Shown piece after piece: positions 27,203 through 36,320 of a DNA stretch of 64,000 nt; the first letter of the stretch is position 1; the number at the start of each line of letters is the position of its first letter. The stretch covers positions 160,001-224,000 of the forward strand of contig CAVUWV010000012.1 in assembly GCA_963745075.1 (NCBI GenBank), read 5' to 3'. Both the position numbers and the translations under genes were made by a program. The notes beneath the pieces are model-generated. The model ran no database searches, was not told the DNA's origin, and worked only from the letters and a program-made list of their open reading frames with translations. The DNA is from Candidatus Hydrogenedentota bacterium. GTDB lineage: Bacteria; Hydrogenedentota; Hydrogenedentia; Hydrogenedentales; SLHB01.

Positions 27203-29671
27203 CTATTCCCCTTCCGCACGATAATCGTAGACCTGCACCTTGGTCCAGTATTTCGAGAACTCCTTGAGGAACGCCTGATGCCCCGGGCTTGGCAGGTAGG
27301 CGTTCAACGCCGCCTCATCCCGCAGCACCACGGTAAGCCCTACCGTGTAACTGTCATCCGCAATTGGGCGGTCGGCAGCGAGGGGTCGTCCATAGCGAAC
27401 CGATTCAACGCCATCGATGGTTTTGAGGCTTTCGAGACCCTGCATGAAGGCGGCCTCCTGTTCGTCGGTGAGTTCGTGAGCGAGCCAGAAGAGCACCGTG
27501 TGCACGACGGGCTGCGCCAAGCGTTCGTTAATCGTCGGCGGGTTGTCCGACGAGAAGGTATCGATGACTCCAATCTCCGTGCCGTCAGGTTTGAACGCTA
27601 TCGTTTCTGCCTTCCACGAATCCTCGCCGACTGCGACGCGGACATACTCGTTCACGAGCCCATGTTCATAGCCCGGGATGTCCTGGGCGCCACCGACGGT
27701 CATGTGCGGCCAATCTTTTACCACCGGTTCGTCGATGTCCAGCCAGCTCCCGCCGCCCGTGATGCAGTAGTACACGCCGTTTAGGTACCCCCGCTCGTAT
27801 TCGTGGGTATGGCCGCTGAAGACCGCATCAACCCCGTACCGTTCGAGCAACGGGACGAGCTGCGCGCGCATCGTGGACTCGCCGTCGATCCAAATCTCAC
27901 AAAACGGCGGCTCGTGGATAAACAGGAATGTAAACTTGGCGTCCTGGTGCGCTTTCAAATCGCCCTCGACCCAATGGAAAATATCAGGCCACTCGGTTTC
28001 GTAGTCGATGCAGACGAAGTGGCAGTCCGCATAGTCGAAGGAGTAACTGCCGTATCCCGCGTCATAACAAGGCTCGTTCTTGCTCGGGAACGACGCAAAC
28101 TTCCGCAGGATCGCCCCGCGATAATCATCGTGGTTACCCCAGGCAATGAAAAAGGGCCGTTTTGCGCCGAGGTGCACTGCCACGCGATTCAGGAAGAAGT
28201 TGCGCGTGTCTTCGTACGAGCCGCCGTCTTCCGCCATATCACCGCACGCGACGCCGAAGTTCACCCCGCTCGCGACCATATGGTCGAACATGCTGTTGGT
28301 GGGCTCGTAGATATCGGCTTCGTACGCACCGTGGTTGTGACCCTGGCTGTCGCTCCAGACGGAAAACGCAAACGGTACCGGTTCCGCCGGCGAGGTCGTA
28401 AAGTCAACGGTACCCTCGATCCGAAAGTTGCTCGTTCCGTCTTGCGTCAGCACCGCCGTGGCCGCGTAGGCCGTTCCGGGTTTCAGGCCGTTAAGCTCCG
28501 CCGTGTAAATGTAGCTGTCAAACCCCGACGGGGTGCACGTCGCGGCAACCCGTTTATTCGTACCGGAGACCTCGACTGCCCCATTCAATGCGCCATTGGT
28601 CTCCCACATGATAGTGATGCCGTCCGGCTTCACGCTCATCATGTACGGGGGCGTCAGGAACTCGGCTTTTGGCGTTCCCGCGACATCAACCATCGCGCAG
28701 AGTTGGGGGGACGTTTCAGCGCCGTACTCGTCCTTAATCTCGATGGATACCGGATAGTGCCCGGCTACCTGAAACGCATGGGTCGCGCTGACGGGTTCTC
28801 CGGAGGCCTGCAAATCAGACCAGGGCGTCAGCGCGGTGTGCGCGCCCGAGTACAACCGGTAGCGGATGCGGTCACCCTGCGGATCCGATACCGGGATGGT
28901 GAACTGAACCGCTTCGCCTGTCTCCGCCGTGAGTTCCGCCGGGTTGCCGCTATAGGCAGCGGCGGTATTGTTCGGGCTGGGGGGGCGAATGTAGGCGATC
29001 GATTTCACCTCCTCGGAACTCAACGCGTGGCCGTAGATCGCGATTCTGGAGACCGTCACTTCCCGGTCGTCGCCGTCGTCATCGGCAAAGAAGAGCACGC
29101 CCCTCGGGTCGAGCGAAAACCGGTGATCCACGTCGGGCGCTTTCGCGTGATTGACGAGTTCACCGTTGAGGTACACGTTGTACTGTCTCTTAAGGAGATC
29201 CGCGCAAATGATGAGCCGGTGCCAGGCGCCCGGTTGGAACGACCATTGCGGCGAAAAGCCGATGAACCCGCTGCCGAGCACCCCTTCCCGATTAAGCGTC
29301 TCGAAATCCGTGTCATTGTCGTTCGCGAGGGTCGTTTGGAGAATCGCGTGCCCGTCGGTGTCTATCGGAGTCTTGAAATCGATGCACAACGAATAAGCAT
29401 TGACCCGGCGATGGCCGGGTTCTGCCGCAATGCCGTGGACAGCTTCGTAGTAACTGCCTTTGCCAATCGTACAAGCGCCATCCCCCTCGGTTACGCCCGT
29501 CGTCGGCTGCTGTTCCCCGTGGAGCACCAGGTCACTGCCGATGGTTGCCGCCAACGGGTTGGCCGCATCGTCGAACTCCCAAAGGGCGACGGGCGAGGGA
29601 ACGGCGCCAAGACAAAGGCCGCTCGAGGCGAATCCGAAAATGGAAACAGAAAGGACATGAACCAAGCGCAT
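27203..29671 (-). CDS. Exported multidomain metallophosphoesterase (LamG-like, PKD/FN3-like, purple acid phosphatase-like, C-terminal Dabb domain)
   Basis: SDSQG, GD, GNHD, HEPP and SGHTHEYER motifs; N-terminal LamG-like and C-terminal HTVLFWL...HQAF Dabb-like regions; GAAGGAG RBS. Confidence 0.8.
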   Translation of the reverse strand: MRLVHVLSVSIFGFASSGLCLGAVPSPVALWEFDDAANPLAATIGSDLVLHGEQQPTTGVTEGDGACTIGKGSYYEAVHGIAAEPGHRRVNAYSLCIDFKTPIDTDGHAILQTTLANDNDTDFETLNREGVLGSGFIGFSPQWSFQPGAWHRLIICADLLKRQYNVYLNGELVNHAKAPDVDHRFSLDPRGVLFFADDDGDDREVTVSRIAIYGHALSSEEVKSIAYIRPPSPNNTAAAYSGNPAELTAETGEAVQFTIPVSDPQGDRIRYRLYSGAHTALTPWSDLQASGEPVSATHAFQVAGHYPVSIEIKDEYGAETSPQLCAMVDVAGTPKAEFLTPPYMMSVKPDGITIMWETNGALNGAVEVSGTNKRVAATCTPSGFDSYIYTAELNGLKPGTAYAATAVLTQDGTSNFRIEGTVDFTTSPAEPVPFAFSVWSDSQGHNHGAYEADIYEPTNSMFDHMVASGVNFGVACGDMAEDGGSYEDTRNFFLNRVAVHLGAKRPFFIAWGNHDDYRGAILRKFASFPSKNEPCYDAGYGSYSFDYADCHFVCIDYETEWPDIFHWVEGDLKAHQDAKFTFLFIHEPPFCEIWIDGESTMRAQLVPLLERYGVDAVFSGHTHEYERGYLNGVYYCITGGGSWLDIDEPVVKDWPHMTVGGAQDIPGYEHGLVNEYVRVAVGEDSWKAETIAFKPDGTEIGVIDTFSSDNPPTINERLAQPVVHTVLFWLAHELTDEQEAAFMQGLESLKTIDGVESVRYGRPLAADRPIADDSYTVGLTVVLRDEAALNAYLPSPGHQAFLKEFSKYWTKVQVYDYRAEGE

Positions 29672-29817
29672 GGAATTACGTACTCCTTCATCGAGAGAAA
29701 CTGCAACGAATAGCCGCGAGTATTGGTAGTGTACTGAACGTCGGAAGGCAATGAAAGTCATTCGCGCCGGTTGCGCGCCTGCGAATCTGACCGGCCGGGT
29801 GAAAGCCGCTATGAATT

Positions 29818-29850
29818 GGAAAGACGCCCCCGAGTGGGGGCGTCTCTTCC
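29818..29850 (-). terminator. Stem-loop, likely terminator of the PilZ gene
   Basis: AGACGCCCCC/GGGGGCGTCT 10 bp stem. Confidence 0.55.
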
Positions 29851-29915
29851 ACTGTCACGTGGGTGTCATGACAGGAGGGGTGAGGAGCACTTGGTGGCCT
29901 TTCGGCCGAAAAAAA

Positions 29916-30284
29916 CTATACCGCTGCGTATGCCGGGGTCGGCCACGTGCCATCGAGGTACGAGCCGAGGCACCCTCGCTCGTCGTCGGACAGGTCGACA
30001 AAACGCACTCCGAACGTGTGCAGCCGGTTGGCTTGCGTGCGCGCCCAGCAGATCCGTCCTTTGCACTCGATGGGCCCGCCGGATCGGTCCAGCTGCATCC
30101 GGATAAGCACCCGTTCTCCCACCACGACGGGGCGCATGCTGCTGAAACGCGCGCCTTCCACCGCGAGATCTTCCGATACAGTCCCTCGCGCGGTTTTTTC
30201 GTGATGGAAGTCAAGCCAAGCACATACGGCAACTTTGTGCCGTGGGTGCCTGCGTGCTTCCTGCTGTGCTCTTTCCGTACTCAT
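29916..30284 (-). CDS. Stand-alone PilZ domain protein
   Basis: RRHPR and DLAVEG (RxxxR and D/NxSxxG-like), ends in GVRF; GGAG RBS. The ORF extension to 30521 is not supported. Confidence 0.75.
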   Translation of the reverse strand: MSTERAQQEARRHPRHKVAVCAWLDFHHEKTARGTVSEDLAVEGARFSSMRPVVVGERVLIRMQLDRSGGPIECKGRICWARTQANRLHTFGVRFVDLSDDERGCLGSYLDGTWPTPAYAAV

Positions 30285-30710
30285 CAATCCTACTCCGACA
30301 TTGGCGCCGGAAACCCCGATCAGACTGAGGTTGCAGCGTATCCCTCTCACCTTACTATCCCTTGCGACTGGTTGTGGGTTCCATGACTTCCGAGCAACCC
30401 CGCGGCGATTGCTCGCCGCCCTCGTTTCACCATCTAAGACACCATGCGCCTGGGAAAGGTTTACTGGTTCAAATCCCGCTGTTCCATTCTTCACTGTCGA
30501 CGTATACCGTGGTCTATTCATTCACGAATCATCTGAAACTGTGCCATTTTGTGACACCGGCCAAAACACTTAGCCTATAGGGATGACGCAGAGTATGCGC
30601 ATCAGAGCCCTCTCCGGATTGCGCATAAAGCCGCGCAGTCCTTGCCGGAGATACGAAGGCGGCGAATAACCGCCCCTCTTAGGGGTAATGGTAGGATCGG
30701 TCACACCCGA

Positions 30711-31733
30711 TCAGATGAAGCGGGATTGCGGATCTTGCGGTGGGGTCTTGCCCACGTGTTTGTAGGCAAGCGGCGTGGCAACGCGGCCTTGGGGAGTGCG
30801 TTTCATGAAGCCGATCTGGATCAAGTAGGGTTCGTGGACCTCCTCGAGAGTCTGCGCTTCTTCCCCGACCGCGACGGCTAGGGAAGACAGCCCCACCGGG
30901 CCACCGCCGAATTTGTCTATCACCGTGTGAAGAATGGACTTATCCATGTCGTCGAGGCCCAGTCCGTCAATTCGCTGGAGCCGGAGTGCCGCATCGGCAA
31001 GCGCCTGCGTAATCACCCCGTCCCCCTTGACTTGCGCATAGTCGCGCACGCGCCGCAGCAGACGATTCGCCACCCGCGCGGTGCCCCGGCTGCGCGCCGC
31101 AATCTCCAGCGCCCCGTCGGGCTCGATTTCCACCCCCAGAATGCGTGCCGACCGCGTCACAATCGCCTCCAATTCCTCAGGCGAATAGAACTCGAACCGG
31201 CAGGTATCCCCGAACCGTGCGCGCAACGGCGGCGTCAGCAGGCCGGAGCGGGTGGTAGCGCCGAACAGTGTGAAGGGTTTCAATCCAATCTTCATGGACC
31301 GGGCCGTGGGACCTTTGCCCAGCATGATATCGACCTCGAAATCCTCCATCGCCGAATACAGGGTTTCCTCCACGGCGTGATTTAGCCGGTGGATTTCGTC
31401 GATGAAAAGCACGTCAAACTCTTCCAAACTCGTCAGAATCGCGCTGAGATCGGCCTGCCGTTCGATGACCGGGCCCGCCGTCGATTTGATGTCGACCCCC
31501 ATCTCCTGGGCCAGAATGCGCGCCAGCGTCGTCTTACCCAGCCCCGGAGGCCCCGACAACAGCATATGATCCAGCGGTTCCTTGCGCGCTTTTGCGGCGG
31601 CGATGGAGATGCGGAGTTTCTCTTTGATCGCCTCTTGGCCGGGAAAGTCGTCCAACCGCTCCGGCCGGATCCGTTCGTCGTATTCCCGATCCTCGCCGGT
31701 GGCTCGTCCGTCCAGTACTTCCTCTTCCGCCAT
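30711..31733 (-). CDS. ruvB: Holliday junction branch migration helicase RuvB
   Basis: [28 protein letters not shown] and RTPQGR motifs. Confidence 0.98.
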   Translation of the reverse strand: MAEEEVLDGRATGEDREYDERIRPERLDDFPGQEAIKEKLRISIAAAKARKEPLDHMLLSGPPGLGKTTLARILAQEMGVDIKSTAGPVIERQADLSAILTSLEEFDVLFIDEIHRLNHAVEETLYSAMEDFEVDIMLGKGPTARSMKIGLKPFTLFGATTRSGLLTPPLRARFGDTCRFEFYSPEELEAIVTRSARILGVEIEPDGALEIAARSRGTARVANRLLRRVRDYAQVKGDGVITQALADAALRLQRIDGLGLDDMDKSILHTVIDKFGGGPVGLSSLAVAVGEEAQTLEEVHEPYLIQIGFMKRTPQGRVATPLAYKHVGKTPPQDPQSRFI

Positions 31734-31736
31734 ACC

Positions 31737-32336
31737 CTACACCTTCGCCATCGATCGCAACGCCGCCCGCACCAGATCTTCGTCGGATGCGCCGTCGCCC
31801 AGCTTCTTTCGCGCCGCGGAGGCGGCTTTTTTCGCTTCACCCATGGTGCATCCCAGCGAGCACAGCGCCGCAATAACGTCGTCCGCGTCTGGGGCTGCTT
31901 CCTCCGCCTCGCCCAAGATCGCGTTCAAGTCCGCGTCCTGCTTCAACTTAGCCTTCATTTCGAGGATGATGCGTTGCGCGCCCTTCTTTCCAATACCGCT
32001 GACCTTGGTAAAAGCATTCAGGTCGTTCTCCAGAATGGCTCGCCCGAACTCCTGCACCGACATGGCCGAGAGCACCGCCATGGCCACCTTCGGCCCGATT
32101 CCGGACACGCTCAACAACGTCGTGAATAGGGCGCGTTCCTCCTCGCGCAGGAATCCGTAGATGTTGAATGCGTCTTCCCGGATGTAGCAGTACGTCAACA
32201 CCGTCACGTTCGAATCCGGCACCAGTTTCCGATAGACCCGGTCCGACACAAAGACCTGGTACCCGACGCCGTTCACGTCGAGTTCGATGTGGGTAAGCCC
32301 CTTGCGAACCACCGTTCCGCGTAGAAATGCAAACAT
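31737..32336 (-). CDS. ruvA: Holliday junction DNA-binding protein RuvA
   Basis: GVGY, YIRED, two HhH motifs (SGIGPK, SGIGKK), directly upstream of ruvB. Confidence 0.96.
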   Translation of the reverse strand: MFAFLRGTVVRKGLTHIELDVNGVGYQVFVSDRVYRKLVPDSNVTVLTYCYIREDAFNIYGFLREEERALFTTLLSVSGIGPKVAMAVLSAMSVQEFGRAILENDLNAFTKVSGIGKKGAQRIILEMKAKLKQDADLNAILGEAEEAAPDADDVIAALCSLGCTMGEAKKAASAARKKLGDGASDEDLVRAALRSMAKV

Positions 32337-32408
32337 GGCGCCATGGTATTCGGATCGGGATCGGTTTTCCAGCACGTTGGCGAACGATAGAGTTACCGAT
32401 GAAGTTCA

Positions 32409-32457
32409 CCGATCGGACTGATCGGACCGATCCGACCGATCGGTCCGATCCGATCAG
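32409..32457. repeat. 9 bp tandem repeat (CCGATCSGA-like, 5 units)
   Basis: CCGATCGGA CTGATCGGA CCGATCCGA CCGATCGGT CCGATCCGA. Confidence 0.7.
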
Positions 32458-32469
32458 ATGGCCCAATCC

Positions 32470-32550
32470 GTCATCTTGAGCGCCAGCAAAGGATCTCTAC
32501 GGAGCCAAGGCGTATCAGGTTAGAGATCCTTCGCTGGCGCTCAGGATGAC
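32470..32550. repeat. 30 bp inverted-repeat palindromic element (GTCATCCTGAGC...GAAGGATCT type)
   Basis: Arms at 32470-32499 and 32521-32550 with 2 mismatches. Confidence 0.8.
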
Positions 32551-32596
32551 GCGCATGGGTTGTTCGTGCCAGCGGCGCCCCCCTGCATCGGCACCG

Positions 32597-35500
32597 CTAC
32601 TCTGACTCCACAATCACCACCGGGCTCGTGACATTCCCGGCTACGACTTCGATGGGCTCGGACACGGTCTTTTGGGATATCCCGACGATGTAGGTGCCCG
32701 TCGGTAAGTGGCCAATCGTATATGTCCCGGTTTCGTCCGTTTTCGCGCCTTGGGCCAGACTCTTGGCGAGATCCATCCAACGTGTCTCGTGAATGTCGCT
32801 GTTTAGCACGGCGTCCCACAGTTCGACCGGCAGAACGCCGACTTCTCGGCCCGCAAGAGGCGTTCCGCTTTCATCCATGACTGCACCTTCGACGCTTCCC
32901 GATTCCTTGATTTCCATCTCTACCAGCAGTTGCTTCTGTTTGTACGTTTCGAAATCGGTATCCGTAATCTCAAACTGCTTGATTCCCGACGTGGAGCCCG
33001 GCTGCACGTAAACCAGCATATACGGTCCAGGTTCCTGGACCACGGCGCCATGCATGGGGTGCATGTCGAAATCGCCGGATTCAGGTGCCGCAAGCGGGAC
33101 CACATAGGTCTTGGCTCCGCTACCATGCATTGGAACGCGTTTGCCGTCTTCGATCCGAAACGGTGCTACCCCCAGATACAATGCCGGTTTCGAGGGTCCC
33201 TTCCGAGAGTCTGTTTCGTTTGGACGCACGACAAATACACCGGGGTACGGCACATCCACTTCCCCGCTGGAATCCCCTCTGTCAACGCGGTAGTGACCGG
33301 GTGCCAGCCCTGCAAAGGTATATTCACCTCCTCCATCCGTCCGTACATTCGCGATGGAGTCGAACTCGTGGCCTTGGTTGCCCCACTCGTCCCCCCACGC
33401 AATGATGCGATAGAGATTGAAGTAGTATCTGGATTGGGGCTCGCCGTTTGCGTCCTCGAGGCGGACGGTCAGGTCCGCGCGCGCCGGTTCGAGCCGCACG
33501 TAGTACGGCCCGGCGGTCTGTCCCGCCGCCACGGAGATCCGATCCAGCGTCAGCGCTCCCAGACCCTCCACGCGGGCGTCGAGACGATATTGACCCGGTT
33601 CGATGTAGTTCAGCGTGTATTCTCCACTACTCGACGACAACTCGACGCCGAGGTCGGAGTCTCGATTGGTCCGTTTCCCTGACGCCCGCCGGAAGATGTT
33701 GAGGTCATCCAGCTTCGTGACCGGCTCGCCCGACACCGTCGTGACGTTGAGCTGGATCGATCCACTCGGCGGAAGGACAAAATCCGCTTTGCCCGCTTCA
33801 TCGGGGGCCAAGTCGAGCGTGACCTTGTCCGTGTAGAGGGGTCCCACGCTCGCGGATAACGTGGCTAGGCCCCCGTCGTGGCCGAGACAAAAGGTCCCAT
33901 CCGCAGCGGAGGTGGCCGCTGACCGGCCGGAATCGCCACTCCACCGCAGGATGCGGACGCCTGCCGCCGGCTTCCCGTTGAAGGTGGTAACCGTTCCGCA
34001 GATCAATGTCTTCTGCGTCAGTTCGATGGCCTGCGGTTCAGTCGTCGCGCCCAGCACGCGCTCTTGCGAGAACTCGACCGGCTGATAGTTGTCGGCTTCG
34101 ACTCGCACATGCAGCGTTCCGTATCCGACCCGATTGGGGGTTAGCCAGTATTGGCCGTCGGCGTTGGTGTGCGTGTTGTCTTCCTCACCTGGAACCTCCA
34201 GCGAGACGACCTCGATTCGCGCGTTCTCGATGGGTTCGCCCGTGGCCTTGTCGACAATGGTTCCGATGAACCGGCTTCGTTCGTCGGCAATAAGGACGAT
34301 CGCCGTGTTTTCTTCGCCCTCGGCGACACCGGTCTCGATGATCCCCATTCCGGTGTCTCCCATTGCCTCCATTGTGGTGGACACATTCGCGCTTGGCGAC
34401 GGCCATTCGTGAGTAACCTCGGGATCGCGTGCAGCCACGAAGTTGAGGCCTGGTGAGACGCCCGCAAACGTCGCACTTCCACGTTCATCCGCCGTGGTCT
34501 CCAGCCAGTCCGATTGCGGAGCCGGTGAGAATAACAACGCCATGAGATTCATGCCCGGATGTTCGGCGTCCCCCATAGCCTCTTGGAGTTGGTTCATTGC
34601 CTCCTCCAACTCGGCTTGCGAGACGCCAAATTTGGTCATGATCAGCTCCGCGTAGCTTCGGCCGGACTCCGAGGCGGGTCCATGAATCCCCTCCAACCGC
34701 GCTTCGAAGATCGCTTTCATCGCCTGTGCGACGCGTTCCGCGAAGTCCGGCTCGACATCGGTTTGTGCGAAAAGCCCCATGAGTTTGGCCGTATCGAATC
34801 GCATGGGAATGACGCGCACTAGGGCGTGGGGCACCGGTTGTCCCGAGTCAACCGGCCGCTGATATACCAGTTGTTTCGCGACCGCCCCCGAGTCCGTCCG
34901 CTCGGTGGGGTATGGGTCCTTGCGCTCCAGATTTACGTGAACCGTCAAGGTGCCCGACCCTTCGGCACCATCGGGAGAGACCGGTGGTGTCTCGGCGGAT
35001 GCTCCGCTGGAAGATGTTGACACAACCGGTTCGTTTGTTAGCGCATCGGCTTGGGTCATAACGAGCTCATCCGCATTGCTGGCGGGCATACGATCTCGGG
35101 ACACCTGCCACACGATCGCCGCGGCGATGACCAGTGCTATCCCAAGTCCCAGCTTCATCAGACCACCGGTTCCCAGCGCGGCGAGTATTCCGGTCGCCGC
35201 AGCGGCTTTGCCGCCGTCCATAAGCCACGGCGCGGCGGCGAGCGGCAGGGCCTTAAGGACGCGCCGCTTGGCTGCTTCAGTATCCGGCCTTGCCACTGCG
35301 CGCTGCGGCTCGAGTTCTTTCCACAGCGTTTCGCCGACGAGCTGGCGGCCGTATTGGAGTCGTTTGCGGACGGCGGGTTCGCGAATCCCGGACTGTTGGG
35401 CGACCTCGATGGTGGAAAGGCCTTCAACGTAATGCAACACCATCGCCTCCCGGGTCTTGTCCGGAAGTTTCGCGATGGCGCGATGAACCCAGGCGTACAG

Positions 35501-35845
35501 CTCGCGGCGCTGCGCGATCTCCCCCGGGGTTTCGGGAGTTCCGTTTGCCTCGTGTGCCGCGCGTTCAGTGGTCGCCGCGCGGCGTGAGACGCTGCGAAGG
35601 TGCGTGGTACACGTGTTCCGCGCAATCGTGGCCAGCCAGGGTCCGAACCGCGCGGGGTTGCGTAGCTTGTCGAGGTTGCGAAACCCTGTGATAAAGGCGT
35701 CCTGCGTCAGGTCGTCCACGGTCGCGGGATCGTGGAACCGGCTGGCGCACACGCCCCGCACCATGGGCAGGTAGCGGTCGACGAGTTGCTCGAAGAGGGT
35801 CGTTTGTCCGCGAAGTATGGCGGATATCAGTTCTGTGTCGGTCAT
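32597..35845 (-). CDS. ECF sigma-70 factor fused to a TM helix and carboxypeptidase-regulatory-like beta-sandwich repeats
   Basis: sigma2 (DLTQDAF, FGPWLATIARN), sigma4 (YVEGLS..EVA), TM helix near aa 230-250, repeated G.V.D..G.P / T..DG.Y motifs. Confidence 0.85.
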   Translation of the reverse strand: MTDTELISAILRGQTTLFEQLVDRYLPMVRGVCASRFHDPATVDDLTQDAFITGFRNLDKLRNPARFGPWLATIARNTCTTHLRSVSRRAATTERAAHEANGTPETPGEIAQRRELYAWVHRAIAKLPDKTREAMVLHYVEGLSTIEVAQQSGIREPAVRKRLQYGRQLVGETLWKELEPQRAVARPDTEAAKRRVLKALPLAAAPWLMDGGKAAAATGILAALGTGGLMKLGLGIALVIAAAIVWQVSRDRMPASNADELVMTQADALTNEPVVSTSSSGASAETPPVSPDGAEGSGTLTVHVNLERKDPYPTERTDSGAVAKQLVYQRPVDSGQPVPHALVRVIPMRFDTAKLMGLFAQTDVEPDFAERVAQAMKAIFEARLEGIHGPASESGRSYAELIMTKFGVSQAELEEAMNQLQEAMGDAEHPGMNLMALLFSPAPQSDWLETTADERGSATFAGVSPGLNFVAARDPEVTHEWPSPSANVSTTMEAMGDTGMGIIETGVAEGEENTAIVLIADERSRFIGTIVDKATGEPIENARIEVVSLEVPGEEDNTHTNADGQYWLTPNRVGYGTLHVRVEADNYQPVEFSQERVLGATTEPQAIELTQKTLICGTVTTFNGKPAAGVRILRWSGDSGRSAATSAADGTFCLGHDGGLATLSASVGPLYTDKVTLDLAPDEAGKADFVLPPSGSIQLNVTTVSGEPVTKLDDLNIFRRASGKRTNRDSDLGVELSSSSGEYTLNYIEPGQYRLDARVEGLGALTLDRISVAAGQTAGPYYVRLEPARADLTVRLEDANGEPQSRYYFNLYRIIAWGDEWGNQGHEFDSIANVRTDGGGEYTFAGLAPGHYRVDRGDSSGEVDVPYPGVFVVRPNETDSRKGPSKPALYLGVAPFRIEDGKRVPMHGSGAKTYVVPLAAPESGDFDMHPMHGAVVQEPGPYMLVYVQPGSTSGIKQFEITDTDFETYKQKQLLVEMEIKESGSVEGAVMDESGTPLAGREVGVLPVELWDAVLNSDIHETRWMDLAKSLAQGAKTDETGTYTIGHLPTGTYIVGISQKTVSEPIEVVAGNVTSPVVIVESE

Positions 35846-36003
35846 AATGCGTTCCCCGTGGCTTCAGTGTGGCTTACGTCAACGTGTGATTTCATCCTTA
35901 AGTGACCGCACAAGCGCGATATGTGAGAAGCGGAATGCGGGATCGTCTCAACGCAAATCCTCGCCAGTAATGGCCAAGTATTCCGCAAGAGGCTGGCAGC
36001 GTA

Positions 36004-36228
36004 TGGAGTGCGGCCGCTTGCGGCTGCTTTTCTTCGGTTGATCGCCGATCACCTAACTGGGTGATAGGTCTCGAGTGATCGCGTCAAGCTCTTCGCCTGC
36101 CGAAGTTACGGGAAGTCACCGCAGTCTGTAGAGTGACACCTTCGCTCCGTCGCAAAGGTCCACGGTACGGTGAAATTAGGGCCGTTGCGTTATGCGGAAG
36201 AAAAGCAGCCGCAAGCGGCCGCACTCCA
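36004..36228. repeat. REPIN-like element (copy 2)
   Basis: Perfect 31 bp inverted arms at 36004-36034 and 36198-36228; same unit as at 24106. Confidence 0.88.
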
Positions 36229-36320
36229 AAGTTGTCTCTCCGCATGCTCAAACTGGGCGCGGGCGATCGGCGGACTTGACGCAATTGCTCCGTACGCACC
36301 CCCCGCGTTATCGTAACCCC

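Noticed and set aside
27803..29713. 636 aa plus-strand ORF
   Set aside because: Antisense shadow of the phosphoesterase gene; R/V-rich, no motifs.
30464..30481. GGTTCAAATCCCGC tRNA-like T loop
   Set aside because: Flanks do not pair into a cloverleaf.
30531..30546. Minus-strand TGGCACAGTTTCAGAT as a sigma54 promoter for pilZ
   Set aside because: Lacks the conserved -12 GC.
32409..32550. CRISPR array
   Set aside because: Repeats are contiguous 9-mers or a single palindrome with no spacers, and there are no cas genes.
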